Source: an uncultured archaeon
GTDB taxonomy: Archaea; Asgardarchaeota; Heimdallarchaeia; Heimdallarchaeales; Heimdallarchaeaceae
Assembly: GCA_964549075.1 (NCBI GenBank)
Contig: CAZJUB010000006.1
Coordinates: forward strand, 8,311 to 72,310
Length of the DNA stretch: 64,000 nucleotides
Direction of reading: 5' to 3'
The notes under the pieces are model-generated. The model made no database searches and was not told the DNA's origin. It was given only the letters and a program-made list of their open reading frames with translations. Positions 9,075 through 18,382 of the stretch are shown here, in pieces (within the stretch, counting starts at the first letter, position 1; every line of letters starts with the position of its first letter). The translations under genes were made by a program, and so were the position numbers.

Positions 9075-9932
9075 ATGTCAAAATTAGACTTTGATAAGTT
9101 AACAGAACTAGCTTCTTCTCGATTAGATATAATTGTTCTCCATTCACAAAAGGGCGGTCCTGGTAAAACAACCTTATCTTGCAACATAGCCCACGAATTA
9201 GCAAGAAGAGGAAATAAGACTGTTCTAGTAGATCTTGACATTGCTCAACCTACAATACAACATATCTTTAGAATAGCAGATAAGAAAATCAAAAAGACTA
9301 TTAATGATATCCTTTTAGGGGAGGCAAAAGTAACAGAAGAAGCTTTGATTGAAACAGAAGATCCTAATCTATTTTTGATAGTTGCTAAGGAGAATGTTGA
9401 GTACGGTGAAGGTTTACTGTCTTTACTAGAAGGGATTCAGAAACACTCCTTTTTTGTTATGCACGAAATGACTAGATTCCTTCTAAAAATGGGTTTCAAA
9501 TACGTGGTTTATGATTGTGCTCCAGGTTATAGAATGGAATCAGTAAATGCTGCTGCAATCGCTGATGCAAGATTATTTGTGATTAGACCTTCAACTTTCA
9601 GCTATGAAGGAGCGAAACAAATGCTCACTGATATCTACAAGAAACTTGATATTACGTCTCTTAATTTCTTTTTATTTAATCAAGTTCCACCTGAATTAAG
9701 TGAAAAAAATCAGAAATTGCTCAACAGCTGGAAAGATGAGCTAATAAAATTATATCTCCCTTACAAGATCTCATTTCTGGATTTTCTTCCAGTTTCTTTC
9801 GAAATCATGGAACTAGGGATAAATGGTGAATATATGTTTCCTACTGATACTATATTATACAATAAATTATCTAAAATTGTAGATGAAATCACTTTGAAAA
9901 TAGACAAAATGAAAGAAGCTAAAAATGAATAG
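9075..9932 (+). CDS. MinD/ParA-family P-loop ATPase
   Basis: 285 aa with a deviant Walker A (HSQKGGPGKTTLSCNIA), LVDLDIAQPT and a Walker B-like YVVYDCAPG. Confidence 0.85.
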   Translation: MSKLDFDKLTELASSRLDIIVLHSQKGGPGKTTLSCNIAHELARRGNKTVLVDLDIAQPTIQHIFRIADKKIKKTINDILLGEAKVTEEALIETEDPNLFLIVAKENVEYGEGLLSLLEGIQKHSFFVMHEMTRFLLKMGFKYVVYDCAPGYRMESVNAAAIADARLFVIRPSTFSYEGAKQMLTDIYKKLDITSLNFFLFNQVPPELSEKNQKLLNSWKDELIKLYLPYKISFLDFLPVSFEIMELGINGEYMFPTDTILYNKLSKIVDEITLKIDKMKEAKNE

Positions 9933-9991
9933 ACAAAAAAATACGAAAATTATATCAAATCTTATATTAGCTAACGTATACAGTTTTCTTA

Positions 9992-10978
9992 ATGAGCCTA
10001 GTTAAAGAGTATCAATGTCCTCATTGTAATGCTCCTTTGGACATCAACCCAGAAGATGCAATCTTCAATTGTGAATCTTGTGGTCAAGCTATTCTAGCAG
10101 ATGGTTCTGAATTTGATGATCATTATATTCTTAGAAACACCTTGAATAGAACACAGATACATGATATCGTTAAGGGTTTTATTAAGAAAAAAGGTTTTAT
10201 GAGGGGAATTCGTGGTTACAAAATAACAAATATAACTCCTACATTAATGCCTTTTTGGGTAGTTACTTCTGATGCATATACTCACTACGTGGGATATCTC
10301 AGATATACTGAAACAAAAACAAGAACCGTAGGTTCTGGAAAAAACACAAGAACAGTGACTGAACATGTGACTGTATACCGTCCAATAGATCAAGAGATAA
10401 GAGAAAAAAGAGCAGATGTTCTTTTAGGAAGAAGAGGTAGTTCAATCTATGGCTACAATCAAGTTAAAAACATCGTTCGCTCTGAATTCTCAAACGCTGT
10501 TCCTTTTAATCATGATCAATTGGTTGCAACTGATAAAGAATTCGAATATTTATCCTCTGAAATAACTCTAGATGCTGCAAATCAACTTGGGAAAACAGTT
10601 GTTTTTGATGATCATAGGTCAAGAGCTGAACGTGCATGCACTAAGGTTTTTGATTGCGCGACTCAAATAACTTTTTCAGGAACATACTTCTTGCATGCAC
10701 CTGTTTGGCAGGTTGAATATGAGTTTAAAGATGAAACTTATCGTATGGCTATTTTAGGAAGTAGTGGTAGAATAATAATAGGTGAAATCCCAGTTACAAC
10801 AACTTACCGAATGATATTTTTAACTTTAACATTCTTAACCTTAGGTGTAGCTGGAGTGGTAAGTTATTTCTTTGGTCAAACTGAAGTATATGTTCCGATT
10901 ATAGCTGGAGTAGTTGCTGCTGTTATAGGGTTCTTTACGCTTAAGAATACCTTTAAACCAAAGTCGGTGGTGGATTAA
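9992..10978 (+). CDS. Zinc-ribbon membrane protein, paralog 1 (328 aa)
   Basis: It has an N-terminal CPHCNAPL-x15-CESCG ribbon, a soluble middle ending HAPVWQVEYEFKDETYRMAILGSSGRIIIGEIP, and two C-terminal TM helices. Confidence 0.7.
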   Translation: MSLVKEYQCPHCNAPLDINPEDAIFNCESCGQAILADGSEFDDHYILRNTLNRTQIHDIVKGFIKKKGFMRGIRGYKITNITPTLMPFWVVTSDAYTHYVGYLRYTETKTRTVGSGKNTRTVTEHVTVYRPIDQEIREKRADVLLGRRGSSIYGYNQVKNIVRSEFSNAVPFNHDQLVATDKEFEYLSSEITLDAANQLGKTVVFDDHRSRAERACTKVFDCATQITFSGTYFLHAPVWQVEYEFKDETYRMAILGSSGRIIIGEIPVTTTYRMIFLTLTFLTLGVAGVVSYFFGQTEVYVPIIAGVVAAVIGFFTLKNTFKPKSVVD

Positions 10979-10979
10979 G

Positions 10980-11966
10980 ATGAGTAATGTGAAATCAATT
11001 ATGTGTCCAAATTGCAATGCTCCATTAGAGATGGAAGCTACTCAATCCCATGTAACCTGTCCGTATTGTAATGTTACAAGTGAATTAAAGGAAGTTTCTG
11101 AATTAGTTGAACATTATATGTTACCAGTAAGTTATGATGTCTCTCAAATAAGAACAGAACTCATTGGAGATATCCTAAAACACCCAGGTGTTCCTGAAGA
11201 TTTACATAATTCTCTAGAATTCACTAAAATTGATCTGAAGTTCTATCCATATTACATTGTAACAGTTCATCTTAGAACAGAATACAAAGGGAATGGAGAA
11301 TATGCTACTTTCAGTAACAGATACAAATCAGGATATCGTAATATAAGTACACACCTGAAACCAGAACAAGGTGTTTTTGATGATACAAGAGAATTCATAA
11401 TTTATTCTGCTGAAGAAGTAAATAATGATTTATTAAATTTTGAAATATCAACTAGAGGAAAAAGATATTTTCAAGCTTTAGAAGCTGAAAAAGTTAAAGC
11501 AGACGTAGTTCCAAGTATTTTCAATCTAGATCAAGCAAAAGAAGAAGCTATATCAAATATGCGAGAGATTCATAAAGGACTGATGATGAAAGAGCTCGCA
11601 CAAATTCTTGAAGTAAGAGATAAACCTGATATTGAAGGAGTATATTTATTGCATATACCATTTTATATACTTACATTCAAAGCAGGTAAGAAAGAATACA
11701 CTGCTATATTGGATGCTGCAACTGGTAGAACTGTAATTACACAAATTCCGAGAGAAACATCCTATTGGATGCAAGTTGGAGTGTTAACAACAATTTTTGG
11801 AGCTGTTGGTTTAGCTGGTATTTACTTCGTCATTCAAAATACCCTTAGCCTTGGTTACTTCGGAATTTTTGGTGCAATTGCTGGCTTGATTTATGCTGCT
11901 CGTACGTTACAACTTGGTCTGAAATCAAGATATACGGAAACTCAGAGAAATAAGAAAAGGAGATAA
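10980..11966 (+). CDS. Zinc-ribbon membrane protein, paralog 2 (328 aa)
   Basis: It starts 1 nt after the paralog 1 stop and has the same length and layout: CPNCNAPL-x15-CPYCN, then HIPFYILTFKAGKKEYTAILDAATGRTVITQIP, two TM helices and a basic tail. Confidence 0.7.
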   Translation: MSNVKSIMCPNCNAPLEMEATQSHVTCPYCNVTSELKEVSELVEHYMLPVSYDVSQIRTELIGDILKHPGVPEDLHNSLEFTKIDLKFYPYYIVTVHLRTEYKGNGEYATFSNRYKSGYRNISTHLKPEQGVFDDTREFIIYSAEEVNNDLLNFEISTRGKRYFQALEAEKVKADVVPSIFNLDQAKEEAISNMREIHKGLMMKELAQILEVRDKPDIEGVYLLHIPFYILTFKAGKKEYTAILDAATGRTVITQIPRETSYWMQVGVLTTIFGAVGLAGIYFVIQNTLSLGYFGIFGAIAGLIYAARTLQLGLKSRYTETQRNKKRR

Positions 11967-12023
11967 TTATTTCTTTTCTCTTTTACCTTTTTATTTAAAA
12001 ATATAAAGAATCTTTAATTTAAT

Positions 12024-12758
12024 ATGAATGAAGAGATTCCTATTTTCTTTGACTTTGGTGGAACTTTAGTGGACACAGTTGAAGTAACTCGTAGAGCATT
12101 TAATGAAGTTTTAGGAACAGATTATTCTACAGAAGATATCAAGAATATGTACAAGGATGCTTCACAAAAAAGACAAAGTATGTCTTTATTATTCAAGTAT
12201 AAGGTTAATCCTGCAAAACTAGCTTTAAGACAGAAAAAACTCAGAGAAATGCAGAAACAACTTTTTTTAGAAACGATAGAACTCAATGACCAGTTCAGAG
12301 AGATTCTCTATAAAATTAAGAGACTTGATCCAAGAATTAGTTTGATTTTAGTCACCCAAAATCCTATGATGGAAGATGAGGAATATTCTAGTAAAGCAAT
12401 GAGTAAATTGTTTGGGGATAGGAACCCTTTCGATTCCATTCTTGCCGGTGAAGATAAGTTTCAACTCATTGTCTATAACTATGATCCTGATATACTTGCA
12501 AGAGGAGTATTAATAGGGGATTTACCAAATGATGTTTATGTTGCAGAAATGTTAAAGATTCCTTGTTTTGGAGTTACATGGGGATATTCAGAAGAAGAAG
12601 AACTTCAAACACCATTCATTGTTGATAGTATAGATGAGCTGTACGAAATGGTTCAAGATCATATTGAAGATTTAAAAGAAGAAAAGAAAGCTGAAATAGA
12701 AGAAATCGAATTCGAGGATATTGACCTAGATTCTGATGACTTTGAATTAATAAGCTAA
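12024..12758 (+). CDS. HAD-superfamily hydrolase-like protein with an acidic C-terminal tail
   Basis: Motif I is IFFDFGGTLVDT, where the second Asp of DxDGT is replaced by Gly. Motif II is LILVTQNP and motif IV is LIGDLPNDVYVAEM. The tail is EEIEFEDIDLDSDDFELI. Confidence 0.7.
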   Translation: MNEEIPIFFDFGGTLVDTVEVTRRAFNEVLGTDYSTEDIKNMYKDASQKRQSMSLLFKYKVNPAKLALRQKKLREMQKQLFLETIELNDQFREILYKIKRLDPRISLILVTQNPMMEDEEYSSKAMSKLFGDRNPFDSILAGEDKFQLIVYNYDPDILARGVLIGDLPNDVYVAEMLKIPCFGVTWGYSEEEELQTPFIVDSIDELYEMVQDHIEDLKEEKKAEIEEIEFEDIDLDSDDFELIS

Positions 12759-12760
12759 AC

Positions 12761-13138
12761 TTAATCTTCTAATTCCAAAACTTCTTTTGCTACTTTCTCT
12801 GCTATTTCTGCAAGTATTTCCTTATTTTTATCAATAATTTCTTGAGCTTGCTTCTTAGCATCTTTAATGAGTCTCTCATATTTACTGCCATCTTTTGCTT
12901 CTTCTATCCTATGTTTTAATATCTCTCTTGCATCATTTTTAGCGCTTTCTAATCTTCTTACTTTATCACTTTGAGCCTTTTCAATTAATGTTGCTGCAGC
13001 TTTCTCAGCTTCCTTTGTTTTTAATTCAGCATGTTGTTCAGCAACCTTTATTTGCGTTATTATTTCTTGTTCCTTAGATGGCACAAATTTCACCTGATAT
13101 CTCTTTTTTAGTAAGTTATGTGAGAGGTCAGCATGCAA
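12761..13138 (-). CDS. atpH: Probable A-type ATP synthase subunit H (peripheral-stalk, V-ATPase G-like)
   Basis: A ~107-125 aa all-helical, A/E/K-rich protein (AEQHAELKTKEAEKAAATLIEKAQ...) located beside the atp genes. The start is ambiguous: ATG 13138, GTG 13093 or GTG 13084. Confidence 0.5.
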   Translation of the reverse strand: MHADLSHNLLKKRYQVKFVPSKEQEIITQIKVAEQHAELKTKEAEKAAATLIEKAQSDKVRRLESAKNDAREILKHRIEEAKDGSKYERLIKDAKKQAQEIIDKNKEILAEIAEKVAKEVLELED

Positions 13139-14133
13139 AGTTACTCTCTACAGAAGACTTTGAAAATTTAATAAATAAACCTTACGAAGCCTTCATCAAC
13201 GATCTAATGTCTTTTGAAATAGGTGAGATTCTACGATTTATACCATCTTCTAAGTCCCATGAAATAGAACGTTTCCTAACTCGCAGATTATTGGATCAAT
13301 ATTCGTTTATCCTAAATAATATCCCAGTAATTTTCCGAAAATTTATCGAAGCTTATACCACCAAATTTGAGGTAATTAATTTACAGAGAATTACACGATA
13401 TTTATTCTCAAAAGCAGATGTTGATCTAAAAGAAGCTATAAATCTCCGTCCTCAAGAGATGCTTGGGAGAACTGCTTTTATTGCTAAATTGCTCCAATGT
13501 AAAGATTTAGGGGAGTTTCTAGATGAATTAACAAAAACAGAATATAAAAATGAAATTGAAGTTGCTGAGAAAATTTACTCAACAGTTGGAGATATCTGGC
13601 CTTTAGAATTTGCTTTTGAAACTTTTTATATTAAAAAAATGCTTCAAGAAGCTAATAAGCTCAAGTATAATAATAAGAAAGATGCATTAAGATTTGTTTA
13701 CTCTGAACTCTTAATAATCTTAATCCTTGTAATTCTAAAAGCTGATTTTGTTGAAGTGGATATTAAAGAAGCTTTGCAACTTATACCTATTCCAAAAGAT
13801 TTCCCTTACAAAAGACAAATATCTAAAATGATTTCAGATAATGTTTTAAAAACTGATTTAGAAGTATTAAAATCACTCAAATCGACTAAAATAGATGATG
13901 GGATTAAAAAATATGAAGATGACAAGATGTTCTTACATATGGAAATTGCTGTTAGAGCTTTTCAGTTAAATTATCATCGTAAATTATTTTACAAGGATTT
14001 TGGAATACTAAGCATTTTAAGTTATCTTAAACAATATGAAACACAAATACAAGATTTGAATAAATTGCTGTATTTGAAAGAGTACAAGTTCCCTGTAGAG
14101 AAAACAAAGGAACTTATTGTTGATCTAATTTAA
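13078..14133 (+). CDS. atpC: A-type ATP synthase subunit C (V-ATPase d/AC39 family)
   Basis: 351 aa. The N-terminal YVRGQHAKLLSTEDFENLINKPYEAFINDL matches the AC39 family opening (Y...R.r....LL....y..L). It is all-helical, lies in the atp locus, and is on the opposite strand to its neighbours. Confidence 0.75.
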   Translation: MAQISPDISFLVSYVRGQHAKLLSTEDFENLINKPYEAFINDLMSFEIGEILRFIPSSKSHEIERFLTRRLLDQYSFILNNIPVIFRKFIEAYTTKFEVINLQRITRYLFSKADVDLKEAINLRPQEMLGRTAFIAKLLQCKDLGEFLDELTKTEYKNEIEVAEKIYSTVGDIWPLEFAFETFYIKKMLQEANKLKYNNKKDALRFVYSELLIILILVILKADFVEVDIKEALQLIPIPKDFPYKRQISKMISDNVLKTDLEVLKSLKSTKIDDGIKKYEDDKMFLHMEIAVRAFQLNYHRKLFYKDFGILSILSYLKQYETQIQDLNKLLYLKEYKFPVEKTKELIVDLI

Positions 14134-14136
14134 TCT

Positions 14137-14628
14137 TCAAATCGTTGGAACTGTGACTATATTCAGTAGTATAAAAGCAATTAGTAATCCGTAAATTGCT
14201 AGAGCCTCTCCTAACCCAAGATAAATAAGGTTGGGTGTAAATACTTCTGAGTTTGCTGTAATTGAACCAATAGCAGCTGGTTCACCTTTTGCTAGTGTAA
14301 ATGCTGCTCCAAGATTTGAAACAACCATGATGAACATTGCTGCGATGAAAATCCAACCATATTCAGGCCTGAATTCTGTTAGTTCATATGTTCCATCCAA
14401 GAAGGGTTGTATCTTAGTATACATAACAAAAGCAATCAGTAGACCATAAATTGCTAAAGCTTCTGCTAATGCGAGATAAATAAGAATGAAAATATTCAAC
14501 CTTTGTTTCTCAGCAACAGCTGCTGCAGCTGCTTGAACTCCTTTAGAAAGAGGAATTCCAGCTCCAAGTATAGTTAACATAGTTCCTGCGATACCAATAA
14601 TCCCTAATATATATCCTTCAACTGCCAT
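14137..14628 (-). CDS. atpK: A-type ATP synthase proteolipid (subunit K/c), duplicated four-helix form
   Basis: 163 aa forming two hairpins, each ending in an (A/G)EALAIYGLLIAF helix with the carboxylate Glu. The DNA segments 14431..14463 and 14176..14208 are 27/33 identical. Confidence 0.9.
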   Translation of the reverse strand: MAVEGYILGIIGIAGTMLTILGAGIPLSKGVQAAAAAVAEKQRLNIFILIYLALAEALAIYGLLIAFVMYTKIQPFLDGTYELTEFRPEYGWIFIAAMFIMVVSNLGAAFTLAKGEPAAIGSITANSEVFTPNLIYLGLGEALAIYGLLIAFILLNIVTVPTI

Positions 14629-16657
14629 ATTTACTCAAATCCATTTTTTTGTTGAAAATGAAGATTGGCTTGTGTTGTATGCCACTACCTTCATAAAATT
14701 TACTGAAAAATTCATAAAAATGTAATCTTAAAGTTTGAACAAAAACCAATAATCCCTCTAGAACTAATACAAAGACATTTCCTATCACTAATATTAAAAT
14801 CTGAAATCCTATAAATGTAACTTGCATAGCTAATGCGTTGATAACACTTAGAAATACAACGTGAGCAACTAACATAGCTAGCATTCTTCCATATGATATT
14901 GTGTTACTAATGAATGTACTGAAAGATTCTAGTAGATGAATCAAACCCATGCCAATACCACCAAAGAAACTTCGAACAATATTGCGTCTTCTTTTCTTGA
15001 AAAGTATACTAACAATACCTTGACCTAATAAAGCAAGCCCGACTCCAATAGAAACAGAAACCAAACCAACAAGTAGGAATCCTTTATTACTAGGATCAAT
15101 TCCTAAATTCAAAATTCCCAAAGAAGTCAAGAAATACAGAATTGCTGCATATAAGAAAAATTGTGCTGTTGTATCTTTAATTAGTTCATCAAATTCTTTA
15201 CGTCTAATTTGATTAATTACTCTTAGAACTAATCCTAATATAACATGAATAGAACCAATGATAAGTGTTAAATTGAATACTTCTACTAAATCGTTAACAG
15301 GTTCTAAAAACGGATACTTAAGACCAAAAATATACACAGGTCCAGTAATCCCTAGTAAATCTGTTAAATGAGCACCAAATGCTTCACCAAAAATGAATCC
15401 CATAATTGCAGAAGTTATTCCGACCATCATTACAAGGAGAAACATTCTTCTAATTCCTTTTTTAAGTCCTCTTGCAAGAATTCCCATTAAACCAATAATA
15501 ACAAGAATAAGCCCATGCCCTAAATCTCCAAACATGATTCCAAAGAAGATACTAAAGGTAAACACAAAGAAAATTGTTGGATCCACCTCCTTAGCTGAAG
15601 GTAAGCCATATAATCCAACAATGGATTGAAATGAATTCATTATAGGATTTTTTGCTTCAACAAAAGGAATATTCTTTATTTCTTCTTCTGGTCCATGAAC
15701 AATTAAAATAGTTTCAGGAAAATCCTCTAAGGATTTTTCTAGGATTGAAAGATCTCTTTGGGCAATCCATCCTTGGATAACTACTGTTCTACTAGTTGTT
15801 CTTGAAGAAACATATAAACGAAGTAGGTGTCCATAGCTTTCAATAGATAATTTTAATGCTATTATTTTTTCTTTATTATTTATAGCAAATTGATTAATAG
15901 ATTTTTCAAGTCCCTTTTTCTCATTTTGAATCTTTTTACATTCTTTAATTATTTCATCTTCAATCTCTGTTTTACTTAAATAAGCTGGATCGTTGAGCTC
16001 ATACAAGTACCATCTTACGATTGATAGATCTTTCAAAAGTTTTGAAATCTCACCCTTTCGACCTTGAGCAAAAATCATGAATTTGTTAGAAGCTAACGCT
16101 ATTACTTCACTTTTTGTAATATCCTTGACAAATTCTTCAGCATCACTTTCTTTTGTTGTAGTAAGCACTCCTACAATTGTGCTCTCATTAGCTTTTACTT
16201 CATAAGGATATTCTTCTTCAAGAAGTCTAAAGCCTTTAGCAAGCAACTCATTCATACTTTCTTCTTCTTTTCTTTTTTCTAGTCTATTCTTCAAACCTTC
16301 AATTCCAGTTTTTAACTCAATTATTTGCTTGGTTAGATTCTCTTCAATTTTATTGATATCCTCCCAATTATCAAATAGCGGTGAAATTAATGGCGGTTTT
16401 CTATAAGCTCTAGCTATTTTTTGACCAAATTTCTCTTTTGGTTCTGGAATGAAATCCAACAAATCTTTGTATGATATTTCTAAAGATCTTAATTTTTCTA
16501 ATCGTGATGTAGGATAATAATCATCTAAATCTTCTACTGAGACATTGTCTTTTACCATCATTTTTTCAGTTTCAGCTATTTTAATGATCATTTTTGAAAA
16601 GTCTTCTTTAGGACTTATAATTGTAGCTTCTAACATTTTAGCTGGAAACAGACCCAT
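14618..16657 (-). CDS. atpI: A-type ATP synthase subunit I (V-ATPase a-like stator)
   Basis: 679 aa with a soluble coiled-coil N-terminal half and a multi-TM C-terminal half. The conserved TLRLHFYEFFSKFYEGSG arginine helix is present. Confidence 0.9.
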   Translation of the reverse strand: MGLFPAKMLEATIISPKEDFSKMIIKIAETEKMMVKDNVSVEDLDDYYPTSRLEKLRSLEISYKDLLDFIPEPKEKFGQKIARAYRKPPLISPLFDNWEDINKIEENLTKQIIELKTGIEGLKNRLEKRKEEESMNELLAKGFRLLEEEYPYEVKANESTIVGVLTTTKESDAEEFVKDITKSEVIALASNKFMIFAQGRKGEISKLLKDLSIVRWYLYELNDPAYLSKTEIEDEIIKECKKIQNEKKGLEKSINQFAINNKEKIIALKLSIESYGHLLRLYVSSRTTSRTVVIQGWIAQRDLSILEKSLEDFPETILIVHGPEEEIKNIPFVEAKNPIMNSFQSIVGLYGLPSAKEVDPTIFFVFTFSIFFGIMFGDLGHGLILVIIGLMGILARGLKKGIRRMFLLVMMVGITSAIMGFIFGEAFGAHLTDLLGITGPVYIFGLKYPFLEPVNDLVEVFNLTLIIGSIHVILGLVLRVINQIRRKEFDELIKDTTAQFFLYAAILYFLTSLGILNLGIDPSNKGFLLVGLVSVSIGVGLALLGQGIVSILFKKRRRNIVRSFFGGIGMGLIHLLESFSTFISNTISYGRMLAMLVAHVVFLSVINALAMQVTFIGFQILILVIGNVFVLVLEGLLVFVQTLRLHFYEFFSKFYEGSGIQHKPIFIFNKKMDLSKYGS

Positions 16658-16665
16658 TTTATCAC

Positions 16666-17310
16666 CTACTCAAATAATGATTCATTAATTTTTGTTCGTA
16701 TTTTTTCTTTACTAACATCAAGAAGATTTTCTAGCGTATAGTCAATCCTAACCCTCTCTCGAACATCAGTAAGAATGAATCCACCTATTGTTTTGAGGGA
16801 AGATTTGTCTAAAGTACATTTTATCCCTTCATTTTTGAATAAATTATCAATGATTTTTGAGAAAATTTTGTTGTCCCTTTCATCTATGAAAATCTTAACT
16901 TCTTCTAATCGCATGTTTTTTGTGCCACGAAGTAATGTTTTATTGAGAAATGTCTCATATTCTTTTGTTTTTCTAAAATCACCAAATTCCTTTTCAATAA
17001 TATCGTATACTTCATCTATTAGCATTTCTTTTGCTTCTATTATGATTTTACGTGCTTCTTGTTGATATTCTGTCTCCGTTCTTTTCTTAAGAAAATCGAT
17101 ACGAGATGTCTCTTTAGCTAATTCTTTTTCCTTCACTTCTTCAACTAATTTTTGTGTCTCTTTTTCTATCTCTTCAAGTTTGAGTTTAGTATTATTTTGA
17201 ATATTCTCTATTTCTTTATCAGATTCATCTTGAATCTTTTTCAATAAATTAGTTAAAGCTTCATTGCCAAATTTTTCAATTTCTTTTTCTTTTGTTGGAA
17301 TCTCAATCAC
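16666..17310 (-). CDS. atpE: A-type ATP synthase subunit E
   Basis: 214 aa with a long charged N-terminal helix and a globular C-terminus (GGFILTDVRERVRIDYTLENLL) typical of subunit E. Confidence 0.85.
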   Translation of the reverse strand: MIEIPTKEKEIEKFGNEALTNLLKKIQDESDKEIENIQNNTKLKLEEIEKETQKLVEEVKEKELAKETSRIDFLKKRTETEYQQEARKIIIEAKEMLIDEVYDIIEKEFGDFRKTKEYETFLNKTLLRGTKNMRLEEVKIFIDERDNKIFSKIIDNLFKNEGIKCTLDKSSLKTIGGFILTDVRERVRIDYTLENLLDVSKEKIRTKINESLFE

Positions 17311-17311
17311 C

Positions 17312-17740
17312 TCATACAGGAAACATTAAAACTGGTATATCTGACAATTCAATCACATATCTCACATGATTTTTGATTAACCTTTTTGTTATAGATTCTC
17401 TTCTTGTTCCCATCACAATAAATTCCACATTTTCCCTTTTTGCAGTTTCAATTATTTTGTCTGCTATAAGACCTTTCAACAATTCAGTTGTTATATATAA
17501 ATGAGTGTCAGAGTATTCTAAGATCAATTTTTGCAATATGTTCTCATTTTCATGTTGATTTTCTTCAAGAACTTCTTCCAAGGTTTTTCCTTTATATATT
17601 GCTAATTGTTCAAGATTTTGTTTGTCAATTACATGTAAAAGATGAACCTCTGTTATACAGTCGTCTAAAAATTCTATGAGTTGCTTGATTAATTCTGAGC
17701 CACTTTCAAAATCACCAATAGCAACTAACGCTTTTTTCAT
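17312..17740 (-). CDS. Universal stress protein (UspA family)
   Basis: 142 aa. It begins MKKALVAIGDFESGSE, has HLLHVIDK, and has IVMGTRRES in place of the G-x2-G-x9-G(S/T) ATP motif region. It ends PVLMFP. Confidence 0.85.
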   Translation of the reverse strand: MKKALVAIGDFESGSELIKQLIEFLDDCITEVHLLHVIDKQNLEQLAIYKGKTLEEVLEENQHENENILQKLILEYSDTHLYITTELLKGLIADKIIETAKRENVEFIVMGTRRESITKRLIKNHVRYVIELSDIPVLMFPV

Positions 17741-17743
17741 CTA

Positions 17744-18382
17744 CTACAACCTCTTTTGCTTTTTTTCTTTTAATTTTTGTTTTAATTTTTTAATAGTGTA
17801 AATATTCTCTAATTCGTAAGCTTCCAAGGCTTCATCAATATATTTTATGATGTTCTGAAATCTGACCAAGTAAATTTTGTCCAGAGCATTTAGGTTGAGT
17901 TGTATAGATTGAAGACTTCTTATTATTCTATAAGCAAAATTCTCAATTTCAGCAAGTTGAACTAGCAATGTAAATGTGTCCCGAAATTTTCGAGCAGTTA
18001 CCCATAATAAGCTAGAAATACCAAAAAATCCGTATGATGGTTCAGGGATTTTTTTCAGGTCTAATTCATTGAATTGAACACCCATATATTCTACTGGTTT
18101 TGTACCTACCTCAACATCTTTAGGGATAGTTTCACTAAATACATTAACCATATCTTTCCCAAGCTCTGATTCTGTTTTAATATATTCAATATATGATTCA
18201 CTAAGATTTTTTTCCATTCTTTCTCTAAGAGATATAGCTTCAGCTGTAATTATGTGGAGTTTCATAAGTAAAGCTTCATATTTTTCTCTTAATAATTCAT
18301 ATGCTCTTTTAACCAATTGTAATTTCTTTTTGTATTTCAAAAGATTGTCTTTTGTAGGAGGAACATCTATCATTTGCCTCAT
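17744..18382 (-). CDS. atpD: A-type ATP synthase subunit D (central stalk)
   Basis: 212 aa. The opening [32 protein letters not shown] is the canonical subunit D N-terminus. There is an ATGA overlap with atpB, and GGAGG lies 8 nt upstream. Confidence 0.9.
   Translation of the reverse strand: MRQMIDVPPTKDNLLKYKKKLQLVKRAYELLREKYEALLMKLHIITAEAISLRERMEKNLSESYIEYIKTESELGKDMVNVFSETIPKDVEVGTKPVEYMGVQFNELDLKKIPEPSYGFFGISSLLWVTARKFRDTFTLLVQLAEIENFAYRIIRSLQSIQLNLNALDKIYLVRFQNIIKYIDEALEAYELENIYTIKKLKQKLKEKKQKRL

Noticed and set aside
8992-9241. Two minus-strand ORFs (70 and 63 aa) across the MinD/ParA start region
   Set aside because: They overlap the well-supported MinD-like gene (GGTGAT Shine-Dalgarno plus Walker A) and its promoter region, and they have no features of their own.
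12024-12758. Treating the HAD-like gene as a functional phosphatase or as part of the atp locus
   Set aside because: The general acid/base Asp (+2) of motif I is Gly (DFGGT), so the activity class is unclear. It converges on atpH with a 2-nt gap, and I found no evidence of functional linkage beyond adjacency.
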